From NCBI GenBank assembly GCA_963749075.1, contig CAVVLJ010000016.1:320001-384000 (forward strand): DNA of 64,000 nt. Direction: 5' to 3'. Under the pieces are notes generated by a model that was not told the DNA's origin, searched no databases, and saw nothing but the letters and a program-made list of their open reading frames with translations. Positions within the stretch are counted from its first letter, which is position 1; every line of letters starts with the position of its first letter. Made by a program: the position numbers and the translations under genes. This stretch comes from an uncultured Pseudomonadota bacterium. GTDB lineage: Bacteria > Pseudomonadota > Alphaproteobacteria > JACZXZ01. This document shows, piece by piece, positions 40,972 to 54,500 of the stretch.

Positions 40972-43066
40972 ATGGCCGAACTGCTTCTAGAGCTCTACTC
41001 CGAAGAGATTCCGGCGCGCATGCAGGCGCGCGCGGCGGACGACTTCGAGCGCCTGGTGACGGAAAAACTCAATGAGGCCCGCCTCGCGTTCAGCCACGCG
41101 GAGGCGCATGTGACGCCGCGGCGGCTGGCGCTCGTCGTGGACGGCCTGCCGAAACGGCAGCCGGATCTCCTCGAGGAGCGCAAGGGTCCGCGTTTGGGCT
41201 CTCCCGAGCAGGCGATCCAGGGCTTCCTCAAGGCGGCGGGATTGACCTCGCTCGCCGAGTGCGAGGTGCGCGCGGTCGGCAATGCCGAGTTCCATTTCGC
41301 GGTGCGCAAGGTGGCCGGACGGCCGACGCCGGAGGTCGTTCGCGATATCGTCGCGGGCATCGTTCGCAACTTCCCGTGGCAAAGGTCGATGCGCTCGGGC
41401 GCGGGCTCGTTCCGCTGGGTCCGTCCGCTCCACGCCGTGCTTGCGGTGCTCGACGGGAGGGCGCTCAAGGGTGCCCTCGATCTCGGCGATGCCGCGCTTG
41501 CCTTCACCAACAAGACGCGCGGCCACCGTTTCCTCGCACCCAAGCCATTCGCGGTCGCAAGCTTCGCCGACTACCGGGATAAGCTCCGCGCTGGCTTCGT
41601 CATCCTCGACCGCGAGGAGCGCAAGCGCATCATCGTCGCCCGCGCCGCCGAGCTCGCGGCGGCCGAGGGGCTGGCGCTCAAGGAGGACGCGGCGCTGCTC
41701 GACGAGGTGGCGGGCCTCGTCGAGTGGCCGGTTCCCCTCATTGCTTCGATCGACCGCACCTTCATGGCGCTGCCGCGCGAGGTGCTCGTCACCACCATGC
41801 GCACGCACCAGAAGTATTTCGCGCTCGAGACGCAAGACGGCGGCCTGGCACAGCACTTCGTCGTCGTGGCCAACATCGCGGCCACGGACGGCGGCCGGGC
41901 GATCGCCGCGGGCAACGAGCGGGTGCTGCGCGCGCGCCTGGCGGACGCCAAGTTCTTCTGGGACCAGGACCGCAAGATCAAGCTCGAGGAGCGCGTGCCC
42001 AAGCTTGCGACCCTCGTCTTCCATGCCAGGCTCGGCAGCGTGGGCGACAAGGTGGCGCGCCTCCAGGCGCTCGCCGCCGAGTTCGCGCCCTACATCCCCG
42101 GCTGCGAGGTGGGCCGCGCGCGCAGTGCCGCCCTCCTCGCCAAGGCCGACCTCGTGACCGGCATGGTCGGCGAGTTCCCCGAGCTGCAGGGCGTCATGGG
42201 GCGCTATTACGCGCTCCACGAGGGCGAGGCGCCGGCGGTGGCCGAGGCCATCGCCGAGCATTACGCGCCGCTCGGCCCCAACGACCGCTGCCCGAGCGCA
42301 CCCGTCTCGCTCGCCGTGGCGCTTGCCGACAAGATCGACACGCTCGTCGGCTTCTGGTCGATCGACGAGAAGCCGACGGGCTCCAAGGATCCCTATGCCT
42401 TGCGGCGCGCGGCCTTGGGCGTCATCCGGCTCGTCGTCGAGAACGGCTTGCGCCTGCCGCTCGCCAAGGCATTTGCAGCGGCTGAGCGGCTCTATGGCGA
42501 GCAGGCGGCAGGTGCCGCCGACGCCGGCAAATTCGACGCCGCCGACCTCCTCGCCTTCTTCGCCGAGCGCCTCAAGGTGCATTTGCGCGAGAAAGGCGTA
42601 CGGCACGATCTCGTCTCGGCGGTCTTCGCAACGAGCGGCGAAGACGACCTCGTGCGCCTGCTCGCGCGCGTGGAGGCGCTCGGCGCATTCCTTGCCAGCG
42701 ACGACGGCGCCAATCTGCTCACCGCCTACCGGCGGGCCGCCAACATCGTGCGCATCGAGGAGAGGAAGGACAAGGCAACTTACGACGGCGGCATCGACGA
42801 GGCACTTCTCGCTGCCGAGCGAGGAGAAGGCGCTCCATGCCGGGCTTGCGCGCGCCGGGAGCGAAATCCATATCTCGAGCGGCCGCGAGGATTTCGCCGG
42901 CGCCATGGCGGCGCTGGCGCGGCTCCGAGCACCGCTCGACGCCTTCTTCGACAAGGTCACGGTCAACTGCGACGACCCCGGGCTGCGCGCGAACCGCCTG
43001 AAGCTCCTGGCGGGCATCCGCTCGGCACTCGGCGGCGTCGCCGACTTCTCGAAGATCGAGGGCTAG
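40972..43066 (+). CDS. glyS: Glycine--tRNA ligase beta subunit with an apparent frameshift near 42805-42815
   Basis: [26 protein letters not shown] and [12 protein letters not shown]; the C-terminus FFDKVTVN...RANRLKLL...DFSKIEG is in another frame. Confidence 0.93.
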
Positions 43067-43069
43067 CCG

Positions 43070-45760
<2,691 letters not shown>

Positions 45761-45803
45761 GGCGCTGCCGGCGGCGAAGCGAGCATCGGCCCCTTCCCTT
45801 CGG

Positions 45804-45995
45804 CTCGTTGATGCACACGTCGGACGGACGGACATCGAGGCGCGCCAATCAACTACAGCGTCATGGCCGCGAAAGCGGGCATCCACGAGTTGCAGGGACG
45901 TCCGCTGACGCGCCGCTCGCGAGTTCCGGCTTTCGCGGGAACGGCGCATAACCTATTGCGACGACGATGCCTTTCGAGATGTGTGCGTCAACTAG
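45804..45995. mobile_element. MITE (192 bp), third family member, without a target duplication
   Basis: Ends CTCGTTGATGCACAC / GTGTGCGTCAACTAG; internal CGTCATGGCCGCGAAAGCGGGCATCCA-type REP pair; the flanks do not match each other. Confidence 0.75.
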
Positions 45996-46575
45996 CTTCA
46001 TCTCAGGAGCAGAGAGCCGGTCACGCTCTGGCTGCGACAGGTTTTGCGGCCGCTTTTCTTCCAGAATCGCCGCTGACACGGGGCCGGTGCGCGGCGCGGG
46101 CTCGCGCATGGCAGCGAGAGTATTTGCGTTGGGGGCAAACAGGCGCTCGTAATGGAGGACGCGGGCGGCCGCGTCGCCGGGGAGTGCCGCGACGAGCTCT
46201 CGATTGGGCGGGACATGCGCCTTCACCGCGAAGGCCCGCGAACGGGCCGTGTCCAACAGGATCTCGAGGACCTCGCCTTCAAGCGAACCCGGATAGTCGC
46301 GCGAGTTGAGCGTGATCTCGCGGCCGGCGATCGTCTGGCGCGTGGTCGGGTGGCCGACGGCCGACAGGCGAGGAGGGCTCCGGACGGCACCGGCCGTCCG
46401 GAGCGCCAAGAACGCGGGCGGTCAGAGGACCGGTGCGGATCCCGATACCGCTCCAGGGCTGGTGGTGTTGCCACCGACTAGGTTGTTCCCCGTGGAGAGC
46501 ACCGTCCCGCCACTGGCGGTCGATATGCCGGTGGTCGCCCGGGACGGCCAGCGCAGGGACGCATCACTCGCCCGA

Positions 46576-47538
46576 TCAGTTGAGCGGAGTGCCGGTGAGC
46601 GGCGTCCCATCGATCGTTGTGTTGCCGTTGATGCCGTTGTCTTTGTATGAATATATCGCGCCGCCGCCGGAGCCGACGCCGGTGGCGTTGAGCGTGACCG
46701 TCGAGTTGCCCATCAGGAGGGTAGAGCCCGTACCGTTCGCGATGACGCCTGTGGTGCCGTTGCCGACGGAGGCGCTGCGATCCATCATCACGAGCGGAGG
46801 CCGCCCGCCCGCCGGCCCGGTGACGGTGATGCCGGAGTTGGCGCTGCCCGAGACCACGGTGTCCCGGATGAGGAGTTCGATAAATGGGCCGGTGCTGCCC
46901 GTGCCGTCCGCCGTGATTCCGGACGCGTTCCCCTCCACGCGAATGCCGTCGAGGAAGGCTTGCGCAGAGCCGGATCCGTTCGGCTTGACCAGGATGCCGC
47001 CGCCGTTGGCGCCGCTGCCGTTGTTCGATATATAGGTGTCGGACACGAAGAGCTGGGCCGCGCCGGTGGGAGCGAAATTGATGCCGATCGCGGAGCCGCT
47101 ATTGAACCCGCGGATGATGCAATCCTCGACGTGCAGCAGCCCGGCCCCGGTGAAGCTGATTCCGATGAGCCCGGTCGTGACTCCCTCGAAATCCAAACCT
47201 TGCAGCTTCACGATGGATCCTGCGGGCGTGCTGACGGTAATGCCGTTGGTCCCCGACGCCAGCACGCCCGCCGTCCCGACTTGGCAGATGATGGCGATCG
47301 AATTGGTGATGGTGAGCCCGCCGAAGGCGCCGGGATCCAAGCAGTTGATCTCGCCAGCCACGGCCGTCTTCGAGATGGCGCCGGCAAAGGTCCTGCAGGG
47401 TGCGGTGCGGCTGCATGGATTGGCATCGTTACCGACGCCGGAAACCCAGGTCTGTGTCGCTTGAGCCTGAGCGGGTGCCGTGTGCAAGAGCGGCAGGCAT
47501 ACGGCGCCGGCGAAAGCCAAGACTGTCGAGATTCTCAT
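46576..47538 (-). CDS. Secreted right-handed beta-helix repeat protein
   Basis: Signal peptide ending AQA; TWVSGVGNDANPCSRTAPCRTFAGAI N-cap; repeated I-x-N/G strands. Confidence 0.85.
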   Translation of the reverse strand: MRISTVLAFAGAVCLPLLHTAPAQAQATQTWVSGVGNDANPCSRTAPCRTFAGAISKTAVAGEINCLDPGAFGGLTITNSIAIICQVGTAGVLASGTNGITVSTPAGSIVKLQGLDFEGVTTGLIGISFTGAGLLHVEDCIIRGFNSGSAIGINFAPTGAAQLFVSDTYISNNGSGANGGGILVKPNGSGSAQAFLDGIRVEGNASGITADGTGSTGPFIELLIRDTVVSGSANSGITVTGPAGGRPPLVMMDRSASVGNGTTGVIANGTGSTLLMGNSTVTLNATGVGSGGGAIYSYKDNGINGNTTIDGTPLTGTPLN

Positions 47539-47791
47539 GATCCTTCTCCCCTTGCTCGTCTGTAGATAGGTGAGCGCATTGGCACGCCACGTGATCTGGC
47601 GTTCGGCATGCCCAGGGCCTCGACCCGTCCGTGTCTTGCGGGGGGGGGGGGCGAAATCTGCCCTCTTTTCGCTCAATCGGCGTCGATTATACGCCCAATA
47701 TGTGATATCGCGTGCAATGCTGGCCCTTCCAGCTCGCGCGTCGGAAGAAAATCGCGAACTTCCCCTTCGGAGCACGCGAAAGGCGATCGGC

Positions 47792-47990
47792 TCAGGGATG
47801 GGCATGCGGCGGCAGGAGCGGCACCGGCGCCTCGATGCCGCCCTTGGTGAAGGCGACCGATTCCGCGGTGATGCGCTCGACGCGCCAGCCCTCGACCACG
47901 TCGCCGGTCCGCACCTGGTAGGATTTGCCCGTCGACTGCGAGACGATGAGCGCATCCTGCTCGCGTGCGGAAACCACGACCCCTTGAGCT
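47792..47990 (-). pseudogene. C-terminal remnant resembling a T2SS GspC/GspN or PilP-type domain
   Basis: GVVVSAREQDALIV...QVRTGDVVEGWRVERITAESVAF beta-strand pattern; no start, abuts an Rhs fragment. Confidence 0.5.
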
Positions 47991-48044
47991 GGAATTGCCG
48001 CGCACCGCCGTCTGCTTCGCCAGCCGAGGACGGCGGCGGCCGGC

Positions 48045-48535
48045 GCGTCGTCGAGCACGCGGCCGGCGGCGGTCGGCTTGTCGTAGCTGCCGCCGAAGAT
48101 CGAGCTCGCCTGCCCCGGGTAATTGAACCAGATGCGGTTCTCGAGCGGGTATTTGACGCTCTCGACGGCGGTCGATTTGACGGCCACGTTATAGACGTGC
48201 ACGAAATGCCGGTCCCGCGCCTTGGTGTAGTCGCAGCCGCCCGTAGGCGTGCAGCCCGCCGCGACGTAGGCGTCCTTGTCCCAATGGAAGCTGTCGCGGT
48301 AGGTGAGGTACTGGTTCGTCGTCGCCATGCCCTGCGGCACGGTCGCGGCCGCGTCGCTGTTCGTAGGCGAGCACGGCACTGCGGTTGAACGGATCGGTGA
48401 TCTCTGTCACCAGGAGGGGCTGGCCGACGCGGCCGTATGCGAAGGTGGTCTGCCGCCCGGCCGCGTCGGTGAGGGAGACGAGGCGCTCCTGGCCGTCATA
48501 GGTGAGCGTAAGCGCATTGCCTTGCGGGTCGATCC
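48045..48535 (-). pseudogene. Internally deleted Rhs core fragments
   Basis: IDPQGNALTLTYD...PFNRSAVLAY and NQYLTYRDSFHWDK...PLENRIWFNY...AAGRVLDD are diverged copies of about 54210-54935, with the middle missing. Confidence 0.85.
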
Positions 48536-48544
48536 AAGTGTCGT

Positions 48545-49126
48545 TCAATGTTCCGACTTCGCGTAAGCCTGCAGCAGCTTATTGCGCCATTCTAGCGGCA
48601 ACACGCGTTGAGAAAGTCCATAACTGGGAGGGTTCTCGATGGCTTTGTCAATAGGCAGAGCATTGAGCTGTACGATCACCGACCTGAATATGTCGTGCAC
48701 TCCGTTCTCGCGAACCGCGAGCACTGCTATTTCGTTATTTCTTTCGCAATAAATGCACCAGCGGTTGGCGTCGGACGTGCACCCATAACGATCCATTTGA
48801 TATAGCCATCCAGAGCCGATACTAGAACCACGTATGAGCGACATGTAGGTCTCAGTTCCCATGCTTCCATCCAGAAACAGAGAGGCTTGCTCCAGATCGC
48901 CCTTAGCACGTGCTTCTTCTAGGTTAGTCAAACAGGCACAAGATCCACCCTCTTCTCCGAGAAGGATTCCAACTCGTCCAACAAATTGGGGCTCGAAAAT
49001 CCATTCAGGGTCAAAGAAAAAAAATTGATCCCAGCCGTTCCGAAAAACATTTTTGGGGAATCGGCAGTCGAGCCTTAGCTCCGTGCTTAGGTTTGATAAG
49101 GCCTTTTTTCTCAGATCATCGTACAC
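48545..49126 (-). CDS. Putative immunity protein for the orphan Rhs tip
   Basis: 193-aa AT-rich ORF immediately downstream of the orphan Rhs C-terminus; function inferred from position only. Confidence 0.65.
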   Translation of the reverse strand: MYDDLRKKALSNLSTELRLDCRFPKNVFRNGWDQFFFFDPEWIFEPQFVGRVGILLGEEGGSCACLTNLEEARAKGDLEQASLFLDGSMGTETYMSLIRGSSIGSGWLYQMDRYGCTSDANRWCIYCERNNEIAVLAVRENGVHDIFRSVIVQLNALPIDKAIENPPSYGLSQRVLPLEWRNKLLQAYAKSEH

Positions 49127-49178
49127 CGAGCTTCTCCGATCGTCGCAAATAACAAGTCAAAACCATCTTGGTCATGTC

Positions 49179-51063
49179 TCACGGGCCGCCTAACCGAATC
49201 TTCAACAGTGTTCGCCCAGCTGAATTAAATACCTGAGCGCTCGCTTCTCCTGTGCTGGTCGCCGTGTATATTGTGTAGGTTGTCTCGCCATTGCTAAGGG
49301 TAATAAACGGGCCGTTCGTTGAGACTCCCTGTCTTACAATGTTAAATCCCATCGAGGTTAGATTAGTTTCAAAATCTGTCGCCGTCACATCGGTCCCGAT
49401 ATTGAGAATTTCGCCGGTCTGTGCAATCGTATCGTCCCAAAGTGATGTAGCTCCCGCTTCCTCTGCCGCGGCTATACCTTCCTCGGCGACCGCCAGCTCC
49501 GGTGCCACCAAGCCGAGCGTGGCGCCCAGCGCTGCTCCAATACCAGCAGCAGCGGCGACTTGGCCCCAGTTCACGCACCCGAGATTGCCGCCGTTACCGT
49601 AGAGCTGCGCCGCCAGATCACCGAAACCACCGAGAAGGGCGCCGACCCCGGCACCGACGAGGCCGAACCTCCCGCTTGGATCTGTTAGGCTGACCGGGTT
49701 GCCGTTGACATAACGGTACAGATTTGCGGCCGGATCGCTCCTTTCGCCAAAGGTGTCGCGCGAGAGCCATCGCCCGGAGACGGGGTCGTAGGCCCGGTAT
49801 TGCGTCAGGTACAGCCCGCTGTCGGAGTTGTAGAACATGCCGGCGTAGTTGAAGTCGGTCACCGGCGCCGTGGTCTGCAGCGGGTTGCCGTAGGGGTCGT
49901 AGGCGTAGGCCGGCGCGCTCGTGGCGCTGGCGAAGGCGCGGCGCACCGAGCCGAGCTGGTCGGGGCCGTAGTAATAGGGCTGCGCCGGGGTGCCCGGAAC
50001 GAGCTCGCCCTCGGCAACATATTCCCGCGTCGGTGCATTGGCGGCGTTGCGCGCCTGGCAGATGCGGCCGCCGCACCAGAGGTAGGAGGTGGCGACCGCA
50101 CCGCTGCCGCCGGCGGCGCGGCTATGATGGCGCGCCCGCGAGATGAAGGAGCTCGTGATCGGGGCGCCGCCGCCCCAGAGCGTGCTCGTGATCGCGGTGC
50201 GCCGGCCGAGCCCGTCGTAGGCGAAGGCGGTCCGCTTGCCCGTCTGCCCCGGATATCCCGGATAGCCGATGGCGAGGAGCCGGTTCTCGGCGTCCCAGGC
50301 GTAGGTGCGCAGCCCGTCGGAGAGCAGGTTGCCGTTGGCGTCGTAGGTGAAGGGCTGGCCCGAGAGGCTGGTCAGCGCATTGACGTTGTTGTAGCCCGCG
50401 GTCTGAGTCCCCGGGCTCGGATAGACGGTCGGGCTGTCGCTCGTCTCGCTGATGGCGGCGATGAAGTTCTCGGGCGTCGTGGTGTAGGCGTAAGTCGAGT
50501 ACTGGCCCGAGGAGAGCCCGACGTTGCTGATCCCCGCAAGGCGGCGGTCGCCCGAGTTGGGGAGATAGCTCCAGGTGGTCGCCAAGGTCGAGCTCGCGAG
50601 CTGGCGGCTCGTGATCTGCCCGGTCTGGCCGAGGTAGGCGAGCGCGAAGGCGCCGAGGTCGCTCGCGTGGCTGGTGAGCCGGCCGATGGCGTCGTAGCCG
50701 AAGGTCTCGGCCCCGGCGGCGCCGACGGTGCGCGAGGCGAGCCGCCCGAGCGCGTCATAGACGTAGCTGATGGCACTCACCGGCAGCGCGCTGCTCTCCT
50801 GCCGCAGGCGCAAGGCGCCGAGCGAGCCTATCGCGACATAGGCGTAGCTCGTGGTGCCGGTGCCGTCCGCCATCGAGACGAGGCGCGGGAAGTAGGGGTC
50901 GTAGGCGAAGGCGACGTTGGGCGTGGGGTTGGCCGCGTTGAGATAGGCGATGCCGGCCAGCCGGTCGTCCTCGAAGTAGCTGTATTGCTTCACCTGCGCG
51001 AGGGCGTCGGTGACCGATGCGAGGCGGCTCGTGGTGCTCTCGTAGGCGTAGCCAAAATCCATT
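49179..51063 (-). CDS. Orphan Rhs module (partial core plus variable C-terminal toxin)
   Basis: About 1.35 kb nearly identical to 52130-53475; YLTQYRAYDPVSGRWLSRD...YVNGNPVSLTDPSGR followed by a distinct tip. Confidence 0.88.
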
Positions 51064-51212
51064 CTGATCCAACAATTTCTCACCGATCGACGTGCAATTA
51101 CACGAAGCCTACTCCCAATCAACCCCGAGCCCTCATTCGTCCAGTTACGCCGCTCTGGGACCATGCGCCGATTGCATAGCGTGCTGACTCGCGGTCGAAG
51201 CGCTGCATCCAA

Positions 51213-51503
51213 TCATCGGTCCGACCCTTGCGACCTTTCTTTGGCTTTCGATATGTCGAATCCACATTGTCGACAACTAACTGGAAAGAACGGCGTAGCC
51301 AACCGGGTCGGTGGAAACAGGCGCGCCCGACATCGAGGGCAACGAAAGCGAGCGGCGTAGATATAAAACGCAGGAACTATACATGACGGGGCAAGGAGAT
51401 AGATCCAACCGTTCGCATTTAGAAGGTGCAGGGTTTCGAACGCGATGAGGAGCGCGATCAAGCCGGCTGTTTGGGCTATATGCAGCTTCGTCGTGACGCT
51501 CAT
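51213..51503 (-). CDS. Putative immunity protein (2 TM plus CxxC...CxxC)
   Basis: Directly downstream of the main Rhs; two hydrophobic segments, then CPRC and CRQC. Confidence 0.6.
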   Translation of the reverse strand: MSVTTKLHIAQTAGLIALLIAFETLHLLNANGWIYLLAPSCIVPAFYIYAARFRCPRCRARLFPPTRLATPFFPVSCRQCGFDISKAKERSQGSDR

Positions 51504-51580
51504 ACTAGGCCTTCGCGATGCGCGTTTATCACAAGGTCCGATTAGATCACGTCGGCGCCATTGCGCTTGCCGCTGCTCCT

Positions 51581-54500
51581 TTAGGGGCCAAGTATGAAAC
51601 GATGGCTGACCCCTGGAATGGATGCCGCAGGACCAATCCGCGTCGCTGCGGCGGTATCTCCGTTCGCTGCCGCCAATGCAGCGGTTACTGCGCCGGTCGT
51701 CTCATAGGTCGTAGATTGTTGAACACTCATGGCTAATGGAACGCCAGTTAGTGCCTGTACTCCGGATGCGCCAATCGATATCTGGAATCCCGACGGATTT
51801 TGATAGCTGGACGGCTGACTCGGATTGAAATTTGCGCCATATGTCGGTCCACCTCCAATTGGACCACGTGCTCCCGCAAATGCACTTCCGAACTGATTTC
51901 CAAAAAAATTCTCCGGTCCGCCGAATGTGTTCTGGAGAATAATGTTTGCCGAAATGTCCACGCCGCCCCCACAACCAATAGTGGCAAACGTGCCAAATCT
52001 TCCGGTATCGGTGTTGAAGTAGATACCAGCAGTGATCGAGCCTCCGCCGCCGAAAAATCCGCTCAGGTTCAGTCCAAGCGACCATGTATCCAGACCGCCG
52101 GGATCGGTGTTATTTAGCGGATCATTATTGACATAGCGGTACAGATTTCCGGCCGGATCGCTCCTTTCGCCAAAGGGATCGCGCGAGAGCCATCGCCCGA
52201 TGGCCGGATTGTAGGCCCGGTACTGCGTCAGGTAGAGCCCGCTGTCGGCGTTGTAGAACATCCCGGCGTAGTTGAGGTCGGTGACCGGGGCGGTCGCCTG
52301 GAGCGGGTTGCCGTAGGGGTCGTAGCTGTAGGCCGGCGCGCTCGTGGCGCTGGCGAAGGCGCGGCGCACCGAGCCGAGCTGGTCGGGGCCGTAATAATAG
52401 GGCTGCGCCGGGGAGCCGGGGACTACCTCGCCCTCGGCAACATATTCCCGCGTCGGCGCATTGGCGGCGTTCCTTGCCTGGCAGATGCGCGCGCCGCACC
52501 AGAGGTAGGAGGTGGCGACCGCACCGCTGCCGCCGGCGGCGCGGCTATAGTGGCGCGCCCGCGAGATGAAGGAGCTCGTGATCGGGGCGCCGCCGCCCCA
52601 GAGTATGCTCGTGATCGCGGTGCGCCGGCCGAGCCCGTCATAGGCGAAGGCGGTCTCCTTGCCGGTCTGCCCCGGATATCCCGGATAGCCGATGGCGACG
52701 AGGCGGTTCTCGGCGTCCCAGGCATAGGTGCGCAGCCCGTCGGAGAGCAGGTTGCCGTTGGCGTCGTAGGTGAAGGGCTGGCCCGAGAGGCTGGTCAGCG
52801 CGTTCACGTTGTTGTAGCTCGCGGTCTGGGTCCCCGTGGTGGGGTACACCGTGGCGCTGTCGCTCGTCTCGCTGATGGCGGCGATGAAGTTCTCGGGCGT
52901 CGTGGTGTAGGCGTAGGTGGAGTACCGGCCCGAGGAGAGCCCGACGTTGCTGATCCCGGCGAGGCGGCGGTCGCCCGAGTTGGGGAGATAGCTCCACGTG
53001 GTCGCCAAGGTCGAGCTCGCGAGCTGCCGGCTCGTGATCTGCCCGGTCTGGCCGAGGTAGGCGAGCGCGAAGGCGCCGAGGTCGCTCGCGTGGGAGGTCA
53101 GCCGGCCGATCGCGTCGTAGCCGAAGGTCTCGGCCCCGGCGCCGCCGACGGTGCGCGAGGCGAGCCGCCCGAGCGCGTCATAGACGTAGCCGATGGCGCT
53201 CACCGGCAGCGGGCCGCTTTCCTGCTGCAGGCGCAAGGCGCCGAGCGAGCCTATCGCGACATAGGCGTAGCTCGTGGTGCCTGTGCCGTCGCTCATCGAG
53301 ACGAGGCGCGGGAAGTACGGGTCGTAGGCGAAGCCAACGTTGGGCGTGGAGTTGGCCGCGTTCAGATAGGCGATGCCGGCGAGCCGGTCGTCCTCGAAGT
53401 AGCTGTATTGCTTGACCTGCGCGAGGGCGTCGGTCACCGTCTTGAGGCGGCTCGTGGTGTTCTCGTAGGCGTAGGCGATGGTGCTGCTGTCGGCGTATTG
53501 CTTCGCCGTGAGCCGGCCCTCAACGTCGTAGCTCCAGCCCGTGACGTTGCCGTTGGGGTCGGTCAGGCCGGTCAGCTCGCCGATGCCGTTGTAGGCGAAG
53601 AGCGTGCGGTTGCCGAGGGGGTCGGTGATCGCGGTCAGGCGGCGGTCGGCATCGTGGGCATAGAGCCACGTCCGGAACTGGCGGTCCTGGTAGGAGGCGA
53701 GATCGAGATTGTCGTAGGTGTAAATGTCCGTCGTGCCGTCGGGGTAGGTTATCTTCGTGACGCGGTCGGCGGCATCATAGCCGTAGGCGACGGTCCAGCC
53801 CTCGGAATCCGTGTAGCTCGCGACCCGGTCGAAGGCATCGTAGGTGAAGCTCGCGGCGGTGGCGCCGTTGGCGTTGACGATGGCGCTCAGATCGCCCGCG
53901 GCGTCGTACTGGAAGCTCGTCGTCTGGTTGAGCGCGTTGGTGAGGGAGGTGAGCTGCCCGGCGGCATTGTACGCATAGCTCGTGGTCTCGCCCGCCGCGT
54001 CGGTATAGAGGAGCGGCCGGTGGTGGCTGTTGTAGGTGAACTGGGCGACCGGCGTCTGGATGCCGGGCGCCGTGGTCTGGCTGACCGTGGCGAGATCGAC
54101 GTGGTTGGCGGCATAGGCGAAGGAGGTGGTGCGGCCGAGGGGATCGATGGCCTGGGTGAGATTAAAGAAGCCGGCCGCGTCGTAGGAGAACTGGCGGAGC
54201 TGGGTCGAGCCGTCGTCGAGCACGCGGCCGGCGGCGGTCGGCTTGTCGTAGATGCCGGCATCGGTGGAAAACGGCTGCCCCACATAGTTGAACCAGATGC
54301 GGTTCTCGAGCGGGTATTTGACGCTCTCGATGCTGGTCGATTTGACGGCGATACGGGGCACGTGCAGGAAATGCCGGTCCCGCGCCTTGGTGTAGTCGCA
54401 GCCCCCGCTCGCGGTGCAGCCGGCCACGACGTAGGCGTTCTTGTCCCAATGAAAGCTGTCGCGCGTGTCGAGATATTGGTTCGTCACCGCCAAGCCTTGC

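Noticed and set aside
45861-46409. 182-aa minus-strand ORF
   Set aside because: It has no convincing start or family motif and runs into the MITE; at most a gene fragment.
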